DNA of 64,000 nt from a virus: IMG/VR virus record IMGVR_UViG_3300033075_000810; one strand, 5' to 3'. The translations under genes were made by a program, and so were the position numbers. Under the pieces are notes generated by a model. That model searched no databases and was not told the DNA's origin. It was given only the letters and a program-made list of their open reading frames with translations. Shown one piece after another: positions 9,126-15,775 of the stretch (within the stretch, counting starts at the first letter, position 1; every line of letters starts with the position of its first letter).

Positions 9126-9425
9126 TTACATGAAACGGCGGCGACCCTCGGGACGCCGTTTCGCGTTGTGCCCCTTGGGCTTATGGGCGAGGATTTTGTA
9201 GTCGGCCCCGCAGTTGTCGCAGGAATACTCGATCACCTTCTCGCTGTTCCACTGCTCCTTGACGAACTGGGCGTGGACCAGGCCGTGGCACTGGCACACT
9301 TTGGGGAAACCGGCCCAGCACTCGCCGCACTTGGGGTCACCCACCGGGTGTTTGCAGCCGCCCACCTGAACCGTCTTGTCGTATACGCCGTCGCTGAATG
9401 GCAATCTGCTCATCTGAACCTCCAT
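9126..9425 (-). CDS. hypothetical Cys-rich protein
   Basis: CKHPVGDPKCGECW...CQCHG...CDNCG metal-binding pattern. Confidence 0.5.
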   Translation of the reverse strand: MEVQMSRLPFSDGVYDKTVQVGGCKHPVGDPKCGECWAGFPKVCQCHGLVHAQFVKEQWNSEKVIEYSCDNCGADYKILAHKPKGHNAKRRPEGRRRFM

Positions 9426-9464
9426 GAAAAGAAAAAGGGCGGACCCCGTTGACCGAGGTCCGCC
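9424..9464 (-). terminator. rho-independent terminator (minus strand)
   Basis: perfect 9-bp stem GGGCGGACC/GGTCCGCCC (9436-9444 and 9456-9464), 11-nt loop, followed on the minus strand by CUUUUUCUUUUC; sits directly downstream of the gene ending at 9491. Confidence 0.6.
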
Positions 9465-9490
9465 CCGCGTGCGTTCTGTGTGACCGCTCG

Positions 9491-9709
9491 TCAGCCTTCC
9501 TCTTCCTCCTCTTCGTCCTCGTCGGAGCTACCGCCGCCGCTAATCAGGGCCAGGAGCATCAGCACGACGCCGATGCCCAGGAACCAGGGCCATGAGTCGT
9601 GGGCCATCGTCGCTTCGGTGGCGAGCTTCAGGAACACGGCTGTGTAGCCGGCGAAGACCAGGCAGCCAATGCCTGTGACCATCGTCAGGAGTCTGAGGAA
9701 GCTGTGCAT
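9491..9709 (-). CDS. small membrane protein with acidic C-terminal tail
   Basis: two hydrophobic helices followed by DEDEEEEEEG. Confidence 0.5.
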   Translation of the reverse strand: MHSFLRLLTMVTGIGCLVFAGYTAVFLKLATEATMAHDSWPWFLGIGVVLMLLALISGGGSSDEDEEEEEEG

Positions 9710-9859
9710 GACCTATTAGAGTCAGCGGCCTCCAGTTTCGTTTTGAGTTCTCGGATCTCCTCCATCGTGTAGGGGGCCTGCCCTTGCCGGACCCGCAGCC
9801 AGTTCATCATCTGGATCTGCCAGTCCGGGTGGACGGGTCGCCACTCCGTGAGGGGGATT

Positions 9860-10186
9860 TCACCCCCGATTGGGTTCCTGTCCATTGAGTTCCTCCAGCA
9901 CCCGCTTCTTGCACGCCTTGTAGGCCCGCTTCTCCCGCTCCACCGTGCTACAGTGGCGGGCACAGAGGACTCCCTGGACGAAGCCGACCCAGCGGGCACA
10001 CTTGGTCGGACTCATCTGGGTGTGGTTGACGATGAGCCTCTGGCAGAGGCCCCTGAGGTGGCTCAGTTGGCACTCCTTCTGGTACTGCTCCTCGTCGCCG
10101 TCCGCAATACCGTGCCGGTCCTCGTACTCGATCTGCTTGATGCGGTCGATGAGTTCCCTGGCGTAGGCGACCTGAACCTCTTTCAT
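9860..10186 (-). CDS. hypothetical protein (MKEVQVAYAR...)
   Basis: high GC3 in this frame; starts at an internal ATG of the listed 320-aa ORF. Confidence 0.5.
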   Translation of the reverse strand: MKEVQVAYARELIDRIKQIEYEDRHGIADGDEEQYQKECQLSHLRGLCQRLIVNHTQMSPTKCARWVGFVQGVLCARHCSTVEREKRAYKACKKRVLEELNGQEPNRG

Positions 10187-10443
10187 CAGCACGCCTCCCT
10201 GAGGGGCTGGCAGAGCAGGCCCTCCCTGAGTTTGGCCCTCTCGTCCCGGTAGTTCTTGCGGCCCGGCTCCGACTGGAGCCGGTCGAGGGCCGTGATCATC
10301 TCCTTGCGGTCTTCCTCGGGGATCTCCGAGAACTGCTCCTTCTGCATCAGGTCGCAGTACAGCCTGATCTTGGACCAGTTCATCTGGGTGTCCCAGCAGA
10401 GCTTGGTGATTAGCTCCACGATCACCAGCCTTTGCGACGACAT
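10186..10443 (-). CDS. hypothetical protein (MSSQRLVIVEL...)
   Basis: high GC3 in this frame while the alternative frame has low GC3; ATG at 10443. Confidence 0.5.
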   Translation of the reverse strand: MSSQRLVIVELITKLCWDTQMNWSKIRLYCDLMQKEQFSEIPEEDRKEMITALDRLQSEPGRKNYRDERAKLREGLLCQPLREAC

Positions 10444-10657
10444 AGCCTCGCTCCTTGATGATCTCCTCGGCCTTGCGAAGGACCGTATTGTAGTCCCCCT
10501 TGCAGGGGGCATCCATGACGTAGACGGCTTCGATCCCGGTGTGGGGGGCGGTCGTCCTGCCGTCCGGGTGGCGGACGAGCCTGTAGCTGCCGTTGATCAC
10601 GTCGAGGCCATCGACCAGCAACAGGTGATTCGGACGACCTTCGACGGAATAGATTTT
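10443..10657 (-). pseudogene. coding segment (GTG start about 10657) lacking its own stop codon; apparent frameshift or indel
   Basis: VRKIYSVEGRPNHLLLVDGLDVINGSYRLVRHPDGRTTAPHTGIEAVYVMDAPCKGDY... has high GC3 down to about 10443, then the frame stays open but loses coding signal until 9860; GTGA overlap with the upstream stop at 10660. Confidence 0.3.
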
Positions 10658-10659
10658 CC

Positions 10660-10881
10660 TCACGTCGCGGTCCTTTCCGCGAGGATCGCCGCCTCCTGCT
10701 CGATGAGGTCCACCTCGTCGGGCCTGAGGTAGGTCCGCTTGAGGATGTCCAGGCGGTCGAGGGCGTTCTCGGCGTCGATCAGCTTGTCGAGCGGGATGCA
10801 CTCGTAGGCGTAGCGGACGCACCTCAGGGCCTCTTCGTAGGCCGGGCTGGTTTCACAGGTCATGATCCCTCCGTGTTGCAC
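10660..10881 (-). CDS. hypothetical protein
   Basis: 73-aa ORF with protein-like composition. Confidence 0.45.
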   Translation of the reverse strand: MQHGGIMTCETSPAYEEALRCVRYAYECIPLDKLIDAENALDRLDILKRTYLRPDEVDLIEQEAAILAERTAT

Positions 10882-11078
10882 AGCGGACAGACGGGGACAT
10901 TATCCATCTTCGCCCAGTCGAAGACGGAGTTCTTGGTGCCGGCGTCGTTGGTGATGAACTCGTAGCCGCACCTCTGACACTCGGTCAGTTGTTCGCGTCC
11001 GAGGCACTCGATGACGCGGAACCTGCCCTTGATGGGCGGGTCGTCGTACTTCTGGTGCATAGGTCGTCCTCGACTCAC
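10860..11078 (-). CDS. zinc-ribbon protein
   Basis: CQRCGYEF...CPLCN. Confidence 0.5.
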   Translation of the reverse strand: MSRGRPMHQKYDDPPIKGRFRVIECLGREQLTECQRCGYEFITNDAGTKNSVFDWAKMDNVPVCPLCNTEGS

Positions 11079-11129
11079 GCCCCTGGGGTCAGACCCAGAG
11101 GTCCGCCACTATAAACGAGGACGTTTGTT

Positions 11130-11173
11130 AGGGGAAGGCGAAAACGAACAAGGACCGCTCGGGGCGGTCCTTG
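11130..11173 (-). terminator. putative rho-independent terminator (minus strand)
   Basis: perfect 10-bp stem CAAGGACCGC/GCGGTCCTTG (11149-11158 and 11164-11173) followed on the minus strand by UUCGUUUUCGCC; lies downstream of pyrC. Confidence 0.45.
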
Positions 11174-11330
11174 TCTACAGTGGCGGCGGGGAGTCTCGGA
11201 CTAACCTGCAACGCTCGCATCGTCTCGTTTCAGACCCGTCCACTCTGAGAATGCCCCACCCCCAACGGTGGCCTAGCACCTGGCAAATCAGCACCCGGCA
11301 AATCAGTTTGGCGATCATCCCCTAGGAGAG

Positions 11331-12494
11331 TCACGCCGCGTGAACGCCGGTGAGGCGGTAGCGGAGCCGCCTGCCGTACTTCCAGGGGACGAGGTCAGCC
11401 CTGGGGTCGCCAACCCGCTGCGGGACGTAGTGCGTGTCCGCACCGGCCAGCGTCAGCACCATCTCCTCCGTGGACCTCTCCAGGCCGTAGAAGTCGGCCC
11501 CGAAGTAGGAGCCGAAGCCGGGGAGCTTGTCCAACGAGCCGTGGTCCTCAAACACCTCGGTCAGGATCTCGGCAAGGACCGGGGCAGTGAAGCAGCCGGC
11601 ACAGGCCCGGCAGGCGTGCTTGCTGGACACCTCATGGGGGGCCGAGTCACTGCCCAGGAAGAACCAGGGCTTGCCGCTGATGGCGGCGGCGATCAGGGCC
11701 TCGCGGTGCTTCTCCCTTTTTGGCTTGGGGATCGGCTTGCAGAAGTTGTGGCTCTCCAGCATGCCGCCGATGACGGCGTTCAGGTCATCGATCAGGTGGT
11801 GCAGCGTGATCGTGCCGGCCATGCGGCCAGTGTAGTGCTGGTTCAGGTCGTTGACGTAGCGGACGGACTGCCAGGTCGTGAGGTGTTCCAGCACCACCTT
11901 GATGTCGGGGTCCATCTGCAAGACGGACAGGACGAAACCCGTATTGAGGAACTCGCTCTCGCGGTCGAGAACGTCGAGTTCGGCTCCGGGGTGTTCGGGG
12001 TGGACCGAGAGCTTCATCTTGTTCCGGCTGAGGGCCGGGATGATGCGTTGCCAGTACGGGTGCAGGCCCCGCAAGTTGTCCGGCTGGACCGTCTCAGGCG
12101 GGTCGAAGTACTCCTCCGTCAGACCGCCCTCGCTGTTGGTCGTGATCTGCTGCGAGTGGTCCTTGCTTTCGGGGTAGATTTTCGCCGCGACCGCACCGAG
12201 CTTCGCACAGGCGTCGATGTCATCAGGTGTCGTCTGCGGTGTGAGTTTGATCGTGTAGAGCGGCTGGAACCACCTGTCGCAGAGGTCATCAATGGCCTCC
12301 TCGACAGCCTCCTTGTACGCCGCCAGGGAGACAGTGTCCTTCACCGGCCCCTGCGGGCGGTCGTTCGGGGTAGTGTTGGGCATCAGAAGCCCGTACTTGC
12401 AGCAGCGAGTGGTGTAGGGGGCTACGGCCCGCAGCAGGTCGCCGGCACGCCAGTGGATGTGCATGTCGGAGAACAGCGGCAGTCGGATACTCAT
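11331..12494 (-). CDS. pyrC: dihydroorotase (class II, homodimeric type)
   Basis: DMHIHWRAGDLLRAVAPYT...MPNTTP and FLGSDSAPHEVSSKHACRACAGCFTAPVLAEILTEVFE align with E. coli PyrC (DWHLHLRDGDML...; [24 protein letters not shown]); start taken at the internal ATG 12494 with a GAGGA RBS (the listed ORF extends to 12560). Confidence 0.85.
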   Translation of the reverse strand: MSIRLPLFSDMHIHWRAGDLLRAVAPYTTRCCKYGLLMPNTTPNDRPQGPVKDTVSLAAYKEAVEEAIDDLCDRWFQPLYTIKLTPQTTPDDIDACAKLGAVAAKIYPESKDHSQQITTNSEGGLTEEYFDPPETVQPDNLRGLHPYWQRIIPALSRNKMKLSVHPEHPGAELDVLDRESEFLNTGFVLSVLQMDPDIKVVLEHLTTWQSVRYVNDLNQHYTGRMAGTITLHHLIDDLNAVIGGMLESHNFCKPIPKPKREKHREALIAAAISGKPWFFLGSDSAPHEVSSKHACRACAGCFTAPVLAEILTEVFEDHGSLDKLPGFGSYFGADFYGLERSTEEMVLTLAGADTHYVPQRVGDPRADLVPWKYGRRLRYRLTGVHAA

Positions 12495-12565
12495 GCGAAC
12501 GGTCCTCGGGGTAGGATTTCGGTTACACGGCAGTGTAACGATTCCGAGGTCCGGCGGCAACCCTT

Positions 12566-12796
12566 TTATTCGTCGTCGGTGCTACTCGCCTTCAACATCT
12601 TCTTCCAGAGCCTGTCGGCGTCTTCGGACAGGGTCACATAGCCCTCGTCGCCATCCACCAAACTGGATGTGAGAGTCCTGGCTGCTGTGTCCCCTAAGAC
12701 CTCTGAGGTCAAGAGGATCACCGCTTCAGCGGCATCACTGGGAAGCCCCTTGGGGCGTCTGAGCGACTCAACTAGCTTGTGCAGAATGCTTTTCAT
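12566..12796 (-). CDS. hypothetical protein
   Basis: 76-aa ORF with moderate composition. Confidence 0.4.
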   Translation of the reverse strand: MKSILHKLVESLRRPKGLPSDAAEAVILLTSEVLGDTAARTLTSSLVDGDEGYVTLSEDADRLWKKMLKASSTDDE

Positions 12797-12844
12797 TGTC
12801 TTTCCTTACCGGGCCGGGAACCGACCCTTTCATGGGTATCTATG

Positions 12845-13390
12845 GGCATGAGGACGTTTCGTGAGTTCCTGAGCGTCACGGTGTCTCCGAACGCTCTGCC
12901 TGACATTTTCCCTGCCATCGTCCAGAGTATGGACGACATCCACGACCTGATATCGAGGATGAAACAGAAAGAAGAAGCCCCTCCCCCCGAGCCTAGGGGC
13001 TGGGGGGAGGGGCCGGCGGAAGTCTGTCGCAAAGCGGAACAGATGTTGAACCAAACCATCGGGGAGATCCGAGCCAGCAGAGGCACCGGCATCAAGACCG
13101 TGGCGTGCCACTTCCTCTGCGAAGGGGACGACGGCGTCCTGTCCGTCGAACTGACGGGCACCGCCGTGGCCGGTTCCGCCGACGAGGTGCCCCGCTTCGT
13201 CAAGAAACTCATCCGGCATAGCCGGAAGCATATGTTCCAGGCCGGCATCCTAATAGAGTGTGAACTGAAGAAGCTGTACGTCTCGGAGGTTCCCCTGGGC
13301 GAGGCGGTCGATCTCCTCCAGCAGTTCCACTTCTCAGTTCACACCCACGTCGTACCCCTGGCGATGGACGCAATGGAGGACGAGGGCTAG
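12845..13390 (+). CDS. hypothetical protein (plus strand; listed ORF 12779..13390)
   Basis: protein-like composition; divergent from 12566..12796 and convergent with 13387..13704. Confidence 0.45.
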   Translation, partial: GMRTFREFLSVTVSPNALPDIFPAIVQSMDDIHDLISRMKQKEEAPPPEPRGWGEGPAEVCRKAEQMLNQTIGEIRASRGTGIKTVACHFLCEGDDGVLSVELTGTAVAGSADEVPRFVKKLIRHSRKHMFQAGILIECELKKLYVSEVPLGEAVDLLQQFHFSVHTHVVPLAMDAMEDEG

Positions 13391-13704
13391 TCGTGATCGC
13401 CGTCCTCCATTCGGAAGAACGAGTCCTTCTCATGGTCGTAGACGATGCACAATCTTGGGAGCTTGTCCTTGGGCATGGCTTTGTACTCTCGCATGGACAT
13501 CACGATGCCCGCTGCGACTAGCTCGGGTCCGCTCTTGTCGTGCATCGCCCTGAGTACTTGGTGGAACTCGATCTGCTCCCTGATGTAGTTTCTGTATCGG
13601 ACACGCCGGTCTGGGTCAGGAATCGTTTCGGCTAAAACGAATCGCTTTTTGAGCAGAGCCAGTGTGCGGTCGATGCGAACGGCATTCTCCGCGTCCGTAA
13701 CCAT
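13387..13704 (-). CDS. hypothetical protein
   Basis: AAGGAG RBS 6 nt upstream of ATG (MVTDAENAV...). Confidence 0.5.
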   Translation of the reverse strand: MVTDAENAVRIDRTLALLKKRFVLAETIPDPDRRVRYRNYIREQIEFHQVLRAMHDKSGPELVAAGIVMSMREYKAMPKDKLPRLCIVYDHEKDSFFRMEDGDHD

Positions 13705-13846
13705 TGTCACTCCTTCTTTGGCATGACGTAGACGCCGACCGAGCAGTCAGCCTCCACCTCGGCAAGGATCTTCTGGATCGCCTTGGACGCCTCCTCGGGC
13801 GTCTTATGGATTTTCGGCTTGTAGCGGGTCAGCAGCAGCTTCTCCT

Positions 13847-14737
13847 TCAGCTTCTGTAGTCCGGGTTCCCGTTAATCACCCGGTCGAGGAGGGCATTGTC
13901 ACCCGGTTCAGCCAGGTGTGTCAAGTCGAACGGCTCCCACTCCCTCACGGTCTTGAAGCAGGCGATGGTCATCCCAGGGCGTGCGTAGTCGTCCAGCCTC
14001 AGGTTGTACTGGGGGAACCTCATGTGGTTGTCGTAGCCGCCGCCGTGCATGGTCCGCGTCACGCGGATGTTCATGCCGTTGTAGGTGTCGAGGAGGTCGG
14101 TGGGGATGTAGTCCCCCAGTCGGTTCCTCAGGAGGGTCATCCGCTCCTTGCGTCCCTTCCTGCGGACGTAGTAGAGGCGGATGGCCTCGGAGAGCAGGAC
14201 GCTCTTCTCGTCGCCCCTCTCCTCAAGCCAGTCGGCGTAGATGAGGCCCGCCGCCTTGGACTCGCCCTCGATCTTCTTCCAGATGTCATCGAGGAAGGCC
14301 AGCCGGGTCGGGTCGAAGTCGATGGGGTGGAACACCCAGGCGAAGTAGTCCCAGGGCATCGGGTTGGCGAGGATCAGTTCGTTCAACTGCTTGTGGACGC
14401 TCTGGCCGAACTGCCAGACCTTGTAGCCGCCCCAGCTACCGGGGAACAGGACGTTGCACCACCACCGCTCGACCGGCTTGTACTGCTGGGCCTCCCTGTG
14501 GGCGTCCGGCCCGTCCCGACGCCAGATTTCCTTCCAGCGGTAGCAGGCGGGGCACTCGGCACCGCCGCAGCGGTACAGCTTAGGGACGCTGCTGCTATGC
14601 TCGCCGTGGAGGTAGTGACACTTGCCGCCGACCGGCTTGCCGCAGAACCTCAGGACGCACATCCAGTCCTGGGCGTGTCCGAAGCCCTCGGACTTGTCCG
14701 GCCTGAGCATGTCTTCGTGCGTGGGTTTCTTACCCAT
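13847..14737 (-). CDS. TIGR02996-like repeat-companion domain protein
   Basis: AGLIYADWLEERGDEKSVLLSEAIRL matches the repeat-companion domain signature typical of Gemmata/Planctomycetes; the rest is uncharacterised. Confidence 0.5.
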   Translation of the reverse strand: MGKKPTHEDMLRPDKSEGFGHAQDWMCVLRFCGKPVGGKCHYLHGEHSSSVPKLYRCGGAECPACYRWKEIWRRDGPDAHREAQQYKPVERWWCNVLFPGSWGGYKVWQFGQSVHKQLNELILANPMPWDYFAWVFHPIDFDPTRLAFLDDIWKKIEGESKAAGLIYADWLEERGDEKSVLLSEAIRLYYVRRKGRKERMTLLRNRLGDYIPTDLLDTYNGMNIRVTRTMHGGGYDNHMRFPQYNLRLDDYARPGMTIACFKTVREWEPFDLTHLAEPGDNALLDRVINGNPDYRS

Positions 14738-15164
14738 TAGGGGTTCTCCTGGGCTTGCGGAAGTTAGTCGGGTCGGGGTGGACGATGACCTCCACCCCGT
14801 TGGGGATCAGCATAGCCAGCAGTTGCTCGACCGACATCCGCTCCAGTTCCTCGGGCTTGAACTTACGTCCGCCCAGGAGAATGATGGTGGCCTGGATCTC
14901 GTCCAGAATGCGGTCATACTGCTCCTTGTGGGCGTCCTTGAGCCGGTCCTTGCCGTTCATGCCTCTTGTGGCCTCCATTCCTTCCATCATCCTGACGATC
15001 TGGCTGGGCACTCCGTCCCAGATCATCACCTCGCCGTCCTCGCGGCGGATGACGTGGGCGAGGTAGCGTCTGCGGGTCGATAGGTAGCTGTAGCCCCCTT
15101 CCGCGAGACTCTTGAGGACGTTCTGGAGGTAGAGTTCGCGTGCGTTAGGCTTCTCGTCAGGCAA
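14730..15164 (-). CDS. hypothetical protein
   Basis: 144-aa ORF with good composition. Confidence 0.5.
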   Translation of the reverse strand: MPDEKPNARELYLQNVLKSLAEGGYSYLSTRRRYLAHVIRREDGEVMIWDGVPSQIVRMMEGMEATRGMNGKDRLKDAHKEQYDRILDEIQATIILLGGRKFKPEELERMSVEQLLAMLIPNGVEVIVHPDPTNFRKPRRTPNG

Positions 15165-15366
15165 AGGAGTCCCTCCTCTCGACGCGGGTCAACTGGTTGA
15201 TGTAGCGGTAGCCATTGGCCCCGGCATTGAGACGCCTCGTCTCTTCCTCGGCGTTGCTCTCGCCCCAAACCACTTTGGTGACCACGAACCCTAAGGGGCC
15301 TGTGGGGTCTTCGTCATCAATCCTGATGATGGCGAAGGCGTGGTCATACTTGCTGTTCGGCTTCAA
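15157..15366 (-). CDS. hypothetical protein
   Basis: 69-aa ORF. Confidence 0.4.
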   Translation of the reverse strand: MKPNSKYDHAFAIIRIDDEDPTGPLGFVVTKVVWGESNAEEETRRLNAGANGYRYINQLTRVERRDSFA

Positions 15367-15694
15367 CTCGGCCCTCCAGTTCCTCGATGCGTGCCCTCAG
15401 GGCACGGTACTCCTCCCGGTCCATGCTCATGTGGGCCGGGCCGCTCCCGCCGCTGAAGGTGGCGTTCTCGACCAGCCCGCTCAGGGCAGCATACAGTTCG
15501 CCGGCCAGCCCGCCCAGGGCTGCGGCGACCCTCTGCCGCTTCTCCTCCTTCTGGCGGGCACGCTCCTCCCAGAAACGGTCCTGCTCTTCGTGCTGGCGGA
15601 AGATGCCCCGGATGTGTTCCGTGATCATCCTGCCCGCCGGGGAGTCGCCGGGGATGACGTGGGCCTTGCAGGCGTTGTAGGGTTTGTCGGACAT
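15344..15694 (-). CDS. hypothetical coiled-coil protein
   Basis: 116-aa ORF with charged heptad-like C-terminus. Confidence 0.45.
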   Translation of the reverse strand: MSDKPYNACKAHVIPGDSPAGRMITEHIRGIFRQHEEQDRFWEERARQKEEKRQRVAAALGGLAGELYAALSGLVENATFSGGSGPAHMSMDREEYRALRARIEELEGRVEAEQQV

Positions 15695-15775
15695 ACCTAA
15701 GCTCCAAGAAGACGCCAGGCCGCTCAGGTTGGTGAGCGGCCTGGTGGGGTGATGCGAGTTGCGACGGCGTTAGGG

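Noticed and set aside
11272-11314. Recurring motif GCAAATC(A/G)GTTTG (11272-11314 twice; also near 18926, 29081, 49298, 52106)
   Set aside because: Considered as a shared operator or promoter element. Most copies lie inside coding sequences in different frames and the flanks are not conserved, except a 16/17 match between 11298-11314 and 18926-18942. This is too weak to call.
11340-12641. 433-aa plus-strand ORF antisense to pyrC
   Set aside because: GC-driven open frame. The minus-strand frame has an unambiguous dihydroorotase match.
13916-14740. 274-aa plus-strand ORF antisense to the TIGR02996-domain gene
   Set aside because: Low-complexity Val/Ala/Gly/Pro-rich antisense artefact.
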